Positions 26,577 to 35,362 of a DNA stretch of 64,000 bases are shown here, one piece after another (within the stretch, counting starts at the first letter, position 1; each line of letters opens with the position of its first letter). Source of the stretch: a candidate division CPR3 bacterium 4484_211 (GTDB lineage: Bacteria > Patescibacteriota > 4484-211); contig MZGJ01000004.1 in the NCBI GenBank assembly GCA_002084955.1, positions 3,155-67,154 of the forward strand, written 5' to 3'. The translations under genes were made by a program, and so were the position numbers. The notes beneath the pieces are model-generated. The model had not been told where the DNA came from. It was given only the letters and a program-made list of their open reading frames with translations, and made no database searches.

Positions 26577-28334
26577 CTACAATTCTAGAGCTTTGCTTTC
26601 AATCCTATCCTTTATCCTCTCTATAAACTCCCCTAGAGGTTGTTCTCCCAGGTCTTTCTCGGATCTTAGTCTCACGCTTACCGTCCCGTTTTGGGCTTCT
26701 TTTCTGCCGACTATAGCCATATAGGGAATTTTTTCCAGTTGAGCGCTACGAATTTTAGACTGCATGGTTTCGTTGCGGGTGTCAATTTCTACTCGGATGT
26801 CGTTTTCTTTCAACTTCTCCCCTACTCTCTCGGCATAGAGGTTTTGTTCCTGCGAGATGGGAATTACTTTAACTTGTACCGGTGACAGCCAGACGGGGAA
26901 ATTTCCCGCGGTGTGTTCTATTAAAACGCCCATAAAGCGCTCCAGAGAACCAAGCAGGGCGCGGTGGAGCATAAAAGGCTGACGGCGTTTTCCTTTTTCA
27001 TCAATATAGGTCATGTTGAATTTTTCAGGGAGGTTAAAGTCTACCTGGATGGTGGTTAACTGTTGATTGCGGCCAAGGGCGTCTTTGTACATAAAATCTA
27101 TCTTGGGGCCGTAGAACGCCGCCTCTCCTTTAAAGCGCCGGTAATTTAGTTTCTTTTGTTTAAGGGCGTTTTCCAGGGCGGTCTCGGCCAGTTCCCAACT
27201 TTTGTTATCCCCCATAAACTTTTCCTTATTTTGGGGATCTCGGACAGACAGGCTGACCAGTGGTTTATGGAAACCAAATTTGTTGTATATATATTCGGTT
27301 AGATTAATCATTTCCACGAGTTCTCCGGGAAGCTGTTTGGGCGTGCAGATGATGTGGGCGTCATCCTGGGTAAATCCTCGGGGTCTAAGAATTCCGTTGA
27401 GTTCGCCGGACTTTTCGTACCGGTAGACGGTGCCCATTTCTGCCAATCTCAGGGGAAGGTCGCGATAGCTGTGTGACTCGGCCTGATATATTTTTACGTG
27501 TCCCGGGCAGTTCATGGGTTTTAGTACGTACTGCTCGTTGTCAATTTGCATCGGCGAGTACATGGAATCGCGGTAAAATTGCCAGTGGCCGGAGCGTTTC
27601 CAAAGATTAAGGTTGGCAATATGCGGAGTGGAAACCGGCTGGTATCCCCGCTTTAGATAGGTATTAAAAGCAAAATCCATAATTTCCTTGCGGATGGTGG
27701 CTCCCTTAGGCCGGTAAAGGGGAAGGCCTTGGCCAAACTCTTCATCAAACAAAAAAAGCTTTAGTGACTTGCCGATTTTTCGGTGATCTCTCTTCTTAGC
27801 TTCTGCCTGAAGTCGCAGATACTCGGCCAGATCTTTTTGTGAAAGGAAAGCGGTTCCGTAGATTCGCGTAAGCATTTTGTTTTTTTCGTTCCCCCGCCAG
27901 TAAGCGCCGGCGATAGATAGCAGTTTATAGGCTTTTATTTCCCCGGTGGATTTAACATGGGGGCCGGCGCAAAGATCTACAAATTGATCTCCTGTCCAGT
28001 AAACGGTAGCCGGTTCGCCTTTTTGTTCTATTTCATCCAGCCATTCCTGCTTGTATTCGTTATTTTTAAAAAGCTGGCGCGCTTCTTTAATGCTGATTTG
28101 TTCGCGATGAAGAGGAAGGTCGGCGTCAATTATTTTCTGCATTTCCTTTTCAATTTTAGGGAAGTCAGATTCGGAAATTTTGTATTCGCCCGGGTCAAAA
28201 TCAAAATAAAAGCCGTTTTCTATGGCTGGCCCCATGGCCATCTTTATTCCCGGATAAAGCTGGTACATAGCCTGGGTTAAGACATGTTCTGTGGTGTGGC
28301 GAAGTGCTTGTAGTTGATTGTTTTTTTCTGACAT
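26577..28334 (-). CDS. thrS: Threonine--tRNA ligase
   Basis: DLC.GPH editing domain, KPMNCP, RGFTQDDAH, AAFYGPKID, HRA.LGS.ERF. Confidence 0.97.
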   Translation of the reverse strand: MSEKNNQLQALRHTTEHVLTQAMYQLYPGIKMAMGPAIENGFYFDFDPGEYKISESDFPKIEKEMQKIIDADLPLHREQISIKEARQLFKNNEYKQEWLDEIEQKGEPATVYWTGDQFVDLCAGPHVKSTGEIKAYKLLSIAGAYWRGNEKNKMLTRIYGTAFLSQKDLAEYLRLQAEAKKRDHRKIGKSLKLFLFDEEFGQGLPLYRPKGATIRKEIMDFAFNTYLKRGYQPVSTPHIANLNLWKRSGHWQFYRDSMYSPMQIDNEQYVLKPMNCPGHVKIYQAESHSYRDLPLRLAEMGTVYRYEKSGELNGILRPRGFTQDDAHIICTPKQLPGELVEMINLTEYIYNKFGFHKPLVSLSVRDPQNKEKFMGDNKSWELAETALENALKQKKLNYRRFKGEAAFYGPKIDFMYKDALGRNQQLTTIQVDFNLPEKFNMTYIDEKGKRRQPFMLHRALLGSLERFMGVLIEHTAGNFPVWLSPVQVKVIPISQEQNLYAERVGEKLKENDIRVEIDTRNETMQSKIRSAQLEKIPYMAIVGRKEAQNGTVSVRLRSEKDLGEQPLGEFIERIKDRIESKALEL

Positions 28335-28344
28335 AACAAAAAAT

Positions 28345-28540
28345 CACCTCTTGATTGCGGGACTCCGATACAAGACCGGAGGGTTCCATCCCCCTTATCG
28401 CAAGGCGATCTCTTAATTACGCACCGTTCGCAGTGCAGGCGCTGTTGTTGAATGTAAGTGGCATTCGGGGTTTTACTGAGGATTTCTCAACTTCGGCATC
28501 CTTCTCTGTACAGCAAAATCCCCTACACTCTTACCAAACA
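28345..28540 (-). ncRNA. T-box riboswitch leader of thrS
   Basis: About 95-nt Stem I with AGAGA bulge and GUUGAGA distal loop; antiterminator GGGA-UGGAACC-CUCCG...CGGAG-UCCC at 28392-28359; TATAAT upstream. Confidence 0.8.
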
Positions 28541-28591
28541 GATTAGGCTGGTAATTCCTATTATACGCAATTAGTCAAACAAAGCAACTTT

Positions 28592-28879
28592 TTATCTTGG
28601 TAGTTTGGTTAATCCTTGCTCCACTGCTCTGGCGATGATACCAATAAGGTTTCCGATAATCGGAATATCGCCGTAAAGGCTAAAGGCGTAGGCTATGATT
28701 CCAACTAAGACGGTGGCTCCCATTACCGTACCGAAACCCCAAGCCAGGCCGCCAATGAAGTTATTTCTAAAAATAAGTGAAAGAGGGATTTTGGCTCTTG
28801 CTTCGGCAATTTCTTCGTGGAAAACGTTTAATGCTTTCTTTTTCGGTTGATTGTTTTCCAAATTAACCATATTACCCAT
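28592..28879 (-). CDS. DUF5665-like membrane protein
   Basis: NF.GGLAWG.G...GAT.......IP.IG pattern. Confidence 0.7.
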   Translation of the reverse strand: MGNMVNLENNQPKKKALNVFHEEIAEARAKIPLSLIFRNNFIGGLAWGFGTVMGATVLVGIIAYAFSLYGDIPIIGNLIGIIARAVEQGLTKLPR

Positions 28880-28899
28880 GAAGTACCCGGTACTTCATG
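28877..28899. repeat. RAYT-associated REP copy
   Basis: Palindrome CATGAAGTACCCGGTACTTCATG. Confidence 0.8.
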
Positions 28900-28998
28900 T
28901 CGCTCTTGTTGCAACCAAAACCGGGTTGCTGTCTCCTGCGGCCTGCCTCGACTCGGGTTGCTTCTTGAAGAGAGTGTGGGGCGGCTGCCCAATATACC

Positions 28999-29075
28999 TG
29001 GTGAGCCCGGGTGGATTTGAACCACCGACCTCTACGATGTCAACGTAGCACTCTTACCAGCTGAGCTACGGGCTC
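28999..29075 (-). tRNA. tRNA-Val(GAC)
   Basis: Full cloverleaf; anticodon arm CTACG-TTGACAT-CGTAG; CCA encoded. Confidence 0.95.
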
Positions 29076-30202
29076 TTTCCGATTTTTTCTTTTAGCCAAG
29101 AAACTACTTTTCGTTGGCGAAGCATATATTTAATATACTCTCTCTGGGCTTGGTTTTCAAATTGTTCTCTAATTTTACTATCAGAGATCTGGTTAATTTC
29201 GTCGTCTACTTCTTGATCACTCGCTTTGATATTTTGCTCCTGAGCGATATGGTTGAGGATAAGGTCGATTTTTAAGTTACGCTCGATAGCCTGCCGCCAT
29301 CTGTCCCTTAGCTGGTCGATGGTCAGGTTGCGTTGCTTCAAGAATTCCTCAATGGTGGATTGAGTCTGCTCCAGTTGCTTGGTCAGTTGTTTTTCTTCTT
29401 GTTCCAGTCGGGTCTTAACGAGGGTTTCAGGTAATTCCAAGTCGGGGGCGCTGGCGATTAGGAAATTAAAGATTAGTTCTTCCAATTGATGTTCAGCGTT
29501 GGCTCGTTTAATATTTAAGAGCAGTTTTTTTACCTTTTTTCTGAGGGATTCAAGGTTTTGTTCACCAATCATTTTTGCCCAGTCGTCGTCGGGTGCCTGT
29601 TTGGTTAATTTGGCTAATTTTTCTTTGGATTGCCTATTTTCTTTTTGAGCTTTTTTTTCTGCTTCGGCTAAGGTGGCGGCGGTGGCAATTTCACATCTAG
29701 CCTCCTGAGGCTGCTTTTTCTTCCATTCGTTGAACAGTTGTTGTATAGACTGATCAATTTCAGTTTCCTTAATTATTACTGAAGGCCGGGAAATGGGCAG
29801 ATGCTCGTAGTCTTTAATTTTTATCTCCGGACGGACTTCCACGATGTATTCTATGGTGTATTTAGGAAGTCGGTTTTGATTGGAAAATAGCTTTTCTAGT
29901 AGTTTGATATCTTGGGGTAATTTCACTTCCGGTTGACTGATGGGCCAAAGTTTGTGTTTTTTCACGGCTTGTTGAAAAAGATCATTGACCAAAAAATCTA
30001 GTGCTGTGAGGGCCAGTTTAGTGGTATTCACTCGGTCTCGCACCATGGGCAAGGGAGCATTTCCTTTTCTAAATCCTGGGATACTAATTTCCTCGCCTAA
30101 TTTTTTTAGGGCTTTATTCTCGGATTTTTCAAGGTCTTTCTTGGTGGGCGCGGCGGTGATTTTTACTTTACTTTTGGGCAGTTTTTCAATTTTAGTTGAC
30201 AT
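29066..30202 (-). CDS. tig: Trigger factor (no recognisable FKBP domain)
   Basis: Ribosome-binding IPGFRKG.AP and SurA-like C-terminal domain. Confidence 0.88.
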   Translation of the reverse strand: MSTKIEKLPKSKVKITAAPTKKDLEKSENKALKKLGEEISIPGFRKGNAPLPMVRDRVNTTKLALTALDFLVNDLFQQAVKKHKLWPISQPEVKLPQDIKLLEKLFSNQNRLPKYTIEYIVEVRPEIKIKDYEHLPISRPSVIIKETEIDQSIQQLFNEWKKKQPQEARCEIATAATLAEAEKKAQKENRQSKEKLAKLTKQAPDDDWAKMIGEQNLESLRKKVKKLLLNIKRANAEHQLEELIFNFLIASAPDLELPETLVKTRLEQEEKQLTKQLEQTQSTIEEFLKQRNLTIDQLRDRWRQAIERNLKIDLILNHIAQEQNIKASDQEVDDEINQISDSKIREQFENQAQREYIKYMLRQRKVVSWLKEKIGKSP

Positions 30203-30265
30203 GAAAGGATTATATCATGAAAGGCCAATACACATTTTTGCTCTTTGGGCTGGTATAATGTAGCA

Positions 30266-30859
30266 GTGGAAGATACGCTTGTTATAGACATAGAAACGAA
30301 GAAATTACTGCGTGATATTGGACATAGCGGGATTGAGATGCCCAAATTGGGGATTTCTGTGGTGGGCGTGTATAGTTATGTGCAAGATAAATTTATGGCT
30401 TTCCGTGAGGAAGAGTTTGACGAATTGGAAAAACTCTTGTCGCAGGCAGGACAAATTGTGGGGTTTAATCTTTTTGGTTTTGACTATCCGGTGATGTGTG
30501 GGCATTTGGATTTCGATTTTGCTAGAGTAAAAACGGTGGATATTTTGGATGATATTAGACAGGCGGTTGGTCATCGCCTTAGTTTAAATTCGGTGGCGAA
30601 AACAACTCTTGGTGTGCAAAAAAGCGCCGATGGTCTGCAAGCGGTGCGTTTTTATCAGGAGGGGCGGTGGGAAGAGCTGGAGAAATACTGTTTAGATGAT
30701 GTACGAATTACCCGTGATTTGTTTAACTTTGGCCGCCGGCATAAATTTATAAAAGTTGCCGCCAATTACGGGCTGGGGACAAAGAACGTTCTCGTTAATT
30801 GGAGTTTAATGGATGGCGTTTTTTCTTCTGTAAGTGGTTCTCAAAAATCTTTACTTTAA
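30266..30859 (+). CDS. Stand-alone RNase H-like (YprB/DEDD-type) exonuclease-domain protein
   Basis: IDIET, GFN..FD, D.L, L.KYC..DV..T; TGGTATAAT lies 6 nt before the GTG. Confidence 0.8.
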   Translation: MEDTLVIDIETKKLLRDIGHSGIEMPKLGISVVGVYSYVQDKFMAFREEEFDELEKLLSQAGQIVGFNLFGFDYPVMCGHLDFDFARVKTVDILDDIRQAVGHRLSLNSVAKTTLGVQKSADGLQAVRFYQEGRWEELEKYCLDDVRITRDLFNFGRRHKFIKVAANYGLGTKNVLVNWSLMDGVFSSVSGSQKSLL

Positions 30860-30927
30860 AAATTAAAGAGGTTTGATGCTCTATTTTGTCGGGCTTGTTG
30901 CATTTTTAGGAAAGATGTGATGATGAT

Positions 30928-31392
30928 TTAGTTGCCGTTGCAAAAGAAGCTAAAATAGATAACATCCTGTCCGGTGCGGAAGTGATTTTTTAGACTTCCT
31001 TCAGGAATGAAATCCTCTTTTATGGCTAAGATCATCATCGGTTTGTTTTGGGCGTGAATTAAAGCCAGAACCTTTCTAAATCCTTGTTTTCGAGCGTAAT
31101 TCTTTGCGGCTTGCAGTAATCTTCTGCCAATGCCTTGCTTTTTGTATTCGGGGTGAACACTTAGAGAGACTGTCATCCCGATGCCGTTTTTAAGATTGGA
31201 GAACCCAATCATTCCGACGATAGTGTGGTTTTTTTCTGCTACCCAGAATTTACTATGTAAGCTAGTTTCAATTAGCGACTGTTCTGAATATAGATCGCCA
31301 AGGTCTTTTTGATTTAGGTTAATAAGTTTAACGCAGGCTTTGGCGTCGGTTTTTTGAAAGGGGCGGATTTTAAAGGTTAATTGGTCGGGCAT
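30928..31392 (-). CDS. GNAT family acetyltransferase
   Basis: Motif A LSVHPEYKKQGIGRRLL. Confidence 0.9.
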   Translation of the reverse strand: MPDQLTFKIRPFQKTDAKACVKLINLNQKDLGDLYSEQSLIETSLHSKFWVAEKNHTIVGMIGFSNLKNGIGMTVSLSVHPEYKKQGIGRRLLQAAKNYARKQGFRKVLALIHAQNKPMMILAIKEDFIPEGSLKNHFRTGQDVIYFSFFCNGN

Positions 31393-31541
31393 GGCGCTTT
31401 TAATTATAGAAGTTGGGAGGTCTTTATCAACTTCTGTCAGTCTCGAACTTTTTTTGCCCCTCAGCTTTGTTGTTGGAACTATTATTTTTGGTTAAGGGTG
31501 GGATTGGTGAGTTTACCCAGACGATTTGGGCGACTGGCCAG

Positions 31542-31579
31542 ATGGCTGATATGAAGGCCTCATGAAGTACCGGGTACTG
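31542..31579. repeat. RAYT-associated REP, left copy of a 38-bp direct repeat
   Basis: ATGGCTGATATGAAGGCCTCATGAAGTACCGGGTACTG. Confidence 0.85.
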
Positions 31580-31633
31580 CTCGGGTACTGCTCCTGTTGC
31601 ATATTGGACAGCTGTTTGTTATACTTCGCGTTA

Positions 31634-32428
31634 ATGTCAATCCCACAAGTTTCCTCAAGGAATACCAAAAACGAAATTTTGGCTGCTTATCAACAGTTAC
31701 GGGATATGGTAAGCCAGCGGAAGGAGACTCCGGCGGTGTCATTTCGCGGGAAGATTATTGCCCAGGTGGAGAAAATAGAAGCGAGCTTGGCGGCTAAGCA
31801 GGCCGAGGTAGGTGAATTAGAAGAAAGAATTGCACAGTTAAAGCAGGAGTTGCAACTGGGCGAGAGGATGAAGTTGACTCGGGAGCAGTTGGAAAAGTTG
31901 CAGGAAAAGATTGCCCAAGAAGAGCAGCGGTGGCAAAGACAGCGCCGCCAGTTGGAAGAAGAGCTGAAGGATGTGAGGTTGTGGAATGAGAAGCAATGGG
32001 AAAAAGAACTGGGGCAGAAACGGTGGGAATTGGAAATGGAGGAAAAGAAGAGAATGAGGATTCTTGAGGAAAAGGAAAAACTCTTCGGGCAGAAGGCGGC
32101 AGATTATAAGCAGTTAAAAGAGCAGGTAAAGTCTTTTCCTGAGCGGTTAGAGAAAGCGGCTAAAGATGGTATTTCGGAAGGTTTGGCGTCTGCAAGAGAA
32201 GAATTTGAGGTGGAGAAAAAGAGCATGAGGCAGCAGTTTGAATCGGAAAAGCAACTTTTAAATCAACAGATTGAAAATTTAGAAAACCGCCTGCAGGAAG
32301 AGAAGGAGGCAAAGAAGAGACTGGAACAGCAGTTGGCTTTGGCTTCTCAGCAGATTAAGCAACTGGCAGTGGCGGCACTGGAAAATAAAACATCTAAAGT
32401 TCAAGAAACAACTCCCAAGACTGCATAA
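31634..32428 (+). CDS. Coiled-coil hypothetical protein
   Basis: Begins MSIPQVSSRNTKNEILAAY, then E/K/Q heptads; TGTTATACT lies 8 nt upstream. Confidence 0.75.
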   Translation: MSIPQVSSRNTKNEILAAYQQLRDMVSQRKETPAVSFRGKIIAQVEKIEASLAAKQAEVGELEERIAQLKQELQLGERMKLTREQLEKLQEKIAQEEQRWQRQRRQLEEELKDVRLWNEKQWEKELGQKRWELEMEEKKRMRILEEKEKLFGQKAADYKQLKEQVKSFPERLEKAAKDGISEGLASAREEFEVEKKSMRQQFESEKQLLNQQIENLENRLQEEKEAKKRLEQQLALASQQIKQLAVAALENKTSKVQETTPKTA

Positions 32429-32669
32429 GAATTCTTCTCGTCTAAGTTACTAGAGTTTTGTGGATCCTACTAGTTTCCTTTGTAGAAGTTAGTTTGAGCT
32501 CCGCTGGTGTCCTTTGGGTAATTTTTTGTTGAAAAAGGGCTTCTGTTCGGGTGGAATTGTTTAGAGAACTTGATTAGGAAAGTGGCTCAAATGGCGAGCC
32601 AACGAATTTTTCGCTTGAATAATTGGGATTATTGCTCTGGTAAATGGGTAAATTTAGTTTGATTCCACT

Positions 32670-32707
32670 ATGGCTGATATGAAAGCCTCATGAAGTACCG
32701 GGTACTG
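32670..32707. repeat. RAYT-associated REP, right copy of a 38-bp direct repeat
   Basis: One mismatch to 31542-31579. Confidence 0.85.
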
Positions 32708-32728
32708 TCTTGCAAAACTGCGTTTAAT

Positions 32729-33691
32729 TTAAAGTGGATGAATGTTCTGTTTTGGAGCTATCTCGACTACATAATCCCCTTCCCAGACAGTATTTGTGTC
32801 CGCGTGCATAATCACTACGCCGTTTTCTTTAGCCTTGGTAACTATTTCTTTGCCCAGAGTTGCTGATGGGTAGAGTTTGTAAAGTGGTTGCCCTTTGCTA
32901 AAAGATTCTTCTGGGCTTACCAGATACTTAACAAATCCGCTCACTGGAGCACGGTATATTTTAAGTTTGTCAATATAAAACTGTCTGTTCGCGTTGCTAC
33001 TTTTTCCTTTTTGTGTTGTCCTAATCCTGATCACTTCTAGATAATTCAGTATGTTAAGGATGCCTTCTACAGTGCGATCTATGTTTTGTTGGTCGAATTC
33101 GTCGTGTGATCCGCACTCTATAGCGATTGATTTCTGTTTCTCGATTATTCGAGCGGCTGTAAAGGGCATACCTCCACCCTTTTTAGTTGCTTCATGCATG
33201 TCAAAAATTATTGAGTAACACATGTTTGAGGCTTTAGCGATTTTGAGATATTGTTTTGAGGGAATAATGAGATATGGCCTACTCCTATTTGCGGTATGTA
33301 GATCAATGGAGAATTTGCTATCGGATGCCAGATTTGAGAGCTGTCGTGCTAGCCGCTCGGCACCTGTTCCTGAACTTGATCCGGGAAAGTTGCGATTAAA
33401 GTCTTTTCCGTCATAGAGAGAGAATTTTCCGCTGGTATAGTAGTAAATTTTCTGATTCCAGGAGTAAGGATTGCATATGGGTACAAGCGTTATTCTGCCA
33501 AGTATCTTTGTTTTTTGAAGTTCATGTATTAGTTGGTGAAAGATGAAAAAAGTTGTTTCTCCCCCGTGAATACCCCCTTGGATATATATTGATTGACCTT
33601 TGTTGTCAGGCCCGACAATATAATAAGGGAGAGAAATCTTACCTCCTGTAATAGAGTAGCCAATTTGTAGATTTTGTCTTTTCACTTTCAT
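32729..33691 (-). CDS. Succinylglutamate desuccinylase/aspartoacylase family protein (M14-like deacylase)
   Basis: Zn ligands HGGE, DFNRNFPG, IDLHT, catalytic IECG, C-terminal biotinyl-like domain. Confidence 0.88.
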   Translation of the reverse strand: MKVKRQNLQIGYSITGGKISLPYYIVGPDNKGQSIYIQGGIHGGETTFFIFHQLIHELQKTKILGRITLVPICNPYSWNQKIYYYTSGKFSLYDGKDFNRNFPGSSSGTGAERLARQLSNLASDSKFSIDLHTANRSRPYLIIPSKQYLKIAKASNMCYSIIFDMHEATKKGGGMPFTAARIIEKQKSIAIECGSHDEFDQQNIDRTVEGILNILNYLEVIRIRTTQKGKSSNANRQFYIDKLKIYRAPVSGFVKYLVSPEESFSKGQPLYKLYPSATLGKEIVTKAKENGVVIMHADTNTVWEGDYVVEIAPKQNIHPL

Positions 33692-33723
33692 ATCTAAGAG
33701 TATTTTAGCATGAGTTTAACCTG

Positions 33724-33769
33724 GAGAGGTTCAAGAGAACTTAAAGTTGGCTTGTCTCTTGAACCTCTC
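33724..33769. terminator. 15-bp perfect inverted repeat downstream of the ATP-grasp gene
   Basis: GAGAGGTTCAAGAGA / TCTCTTGAACCTCTC; no clear U-tract. Confidence 0.45.
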
Positions 33770-33782
33770 ACAGGACCCGTTT

Positions 33783-35222
33783 TTATCCAAACATCACTTT
33801 TCGGGCAGCCGGAATGATTTGTTGCCCGAAAATTGTCAGCTCTTCTTGGCTGGAGTGAAAGATGGCCGGTAATCCCCCCCAGCTGTAGACTTGGGCCGGC
33901 GCCAGCAGACGCGGATCCCCGGCCCGGGTTCTCTTGGTGAAGACCTGGCCGGGCCGGGCGGCCCAGCAGAGGATCTGGCCGGTTTTTTCGTTAGCCGGCA
34001 CTAACCGACCGGCCTCCCATTTCCACCAGCCGTTCATGTTGCCCACAACGGGTAATGGCAGCTCGGCCTCTGGCAGAGGGTGGATATCAAACTGCCATCC
34101 TCCAGCTTCGGCCACGCTTTGGCGATTGTACTCCTCTGGCCGAAGCCAGGAAAAGTCTTCTTCGCCTGAGGCGGCGAGAAGCCAGAGACCGAATGTGGAA
34201 GGCCGTCCTTTCATCAGGGCTCGACGGTCGTGTGAAAACGAAGTTCCCTGGTACCGCGCGTTGATTTCGTGCGGGACTACTCGCTCTCCTTCGAGGTCGA
34301 TGATAAAGTCAATCCCGAAGATCCCGATGTATCCGAATTCTTGGTGTAGGTGTTGGCCTACCCGCACCATCACATTTAGGTACTGAACCTGGATCCTCTC
34401 CGGCCATGGATTTGTCCAGTCATCACCGACGGCGCCCTGGGGTTTGCCGCCGGTGATGTGGCTAATCTGACCCGCGGAAGGTTTGTGAGACAAGGGGTCG
34501 ACGAGCACGACCCCACCGGGCAGGACCACTGCCTGCCCATTAGTTTCGTAGCCCTCGACAAACTCGACGACCCGGTACCACATGCCCGGGCCGGCCTCCC
34601 GGAGCATGTGGACTGCGTCGGACCAAGTGTGGTACACTCCGACGATCCGGGTCCCTGACCCTCCGGCAGAATCGTCGGTTTGTACCACGCACTTCTCTCT
34701 GAAGAGAGATCGAACTTCCTCCCATTCTGGGAGTTGGGGCGTGGTCCCCTCTATAAAATGTGGAGGGTCTACACCTGCTCCCTGAAGAATGGGGGCAAAG
34801 TTCTTTTTGGGCTCGATCAGTTTTGTTACCCTGAAGGGGACATAAACCTGAACGAGCCCCCTCTTTTTGGAGAGGCGGTCCGCTTCAGTCCGGAAGCCAT
34901 CCCAAGCTCCGCGTGTAAACACGGAGCTGTACAGGATGTAGGGGCCTACCAAAACTCCATTAGGGTTGGAGAGCATCCAATCCCACAATAAGGGCAGGTG
35001 GGTCCCCTCCGGGTCGAAGACGAGGTCAGGTGTGGGTTGGCCGGGCTTGTCCAAAGTAACGGATAACCGAGCCCGGCCGCGCCCGATGGTGGTCAGCTCC
35101 AAATTGGGCTCGGGAAGAAGCCCGAAGTTGACCAGGTTGTACAAGATTGGCCGCGTGTGGATCGCGGCTAGGGAGCGACTCCAAAGGGCTTGCTGTAACC
35201 GGGTTGCAAATTGGTCTAGCAT
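33783..35222 (-). CDS. ATP-grasp ligase (PGM1/BesA-like by inspection)
   Basis: SAGGSGT loop, VVEFVEG, GYIGIFGIDF, HEINARYQG; AGGAGG SD before ATG35222; visibly GC-richer than its neighbours. Confidence 0.8.
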   Translation of the reverse strand: MLDQFATRLQQALWSRSLAAIHTRPILYNLVNFGLLPEPNLELTTIGRGRARLSVTLDKPGQPTPDLVFDPEGTHLPLLWDWMLSNPNGVLVGPYILYSSVFTRGAWDGFRTEADRLSKKRGLVQVYVPFRVTKLIEPKKNFAPILQGAGVDPPHFIEGTTPQLPEWEEVRSLFREKCVVQTDDSAGGSGTRIVGVYHTWSDAVHMLREAGPGMWYRVVEFVEGYETNGQAVVLPGGVVLVDPLSHKPSAGQISHITGGKPQGAVGDDWTNPWPERIQVQYLNVMVRVGQHLHQEFGYIGIFGIDFIIDLEGERVVPHEINARYQGTSFSHDRRALMKGRPSTFGLWLLAASGEEDFSWLRPEEYNRQSVAEAGGWQFDIHPLPEAELPLPVVGNMNGWWKWEAGRLVPANEKTGQILCWAARPGQVFTKRTRAGDPRLLAPAQVYSWGGLPAIFHSSQEELTIFGQQIIPAARKVMFG

Positions 35223-35362
35223 CTCTGGCCTCCTTTTTGAAAGATTTAAAGAGCAAAATCGAAGTGAATTAAAAACGGGAAGAAAAGAAATAACAAGAGT
35301 AGGCAAGGGTAAGATGAGCGCTAGGCGGTTATTTCCTTGACTTCCCGTTTTTAAGAGAATTC

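Noticed and set aside
33710-33790. Integron attC site after the ATP-grasp gene (GTTAAAC on the - strand)
   Set aside because: The matching R'' box is not RYYYAAC, there is no two-sided unpaired spacer, and I see no integron integrase or second site
33934-35340. Several overlapping ORFs within the ATP-grasp gene
   Set aside because: Expected shadow frames in GC-rich sequence, with no motifs
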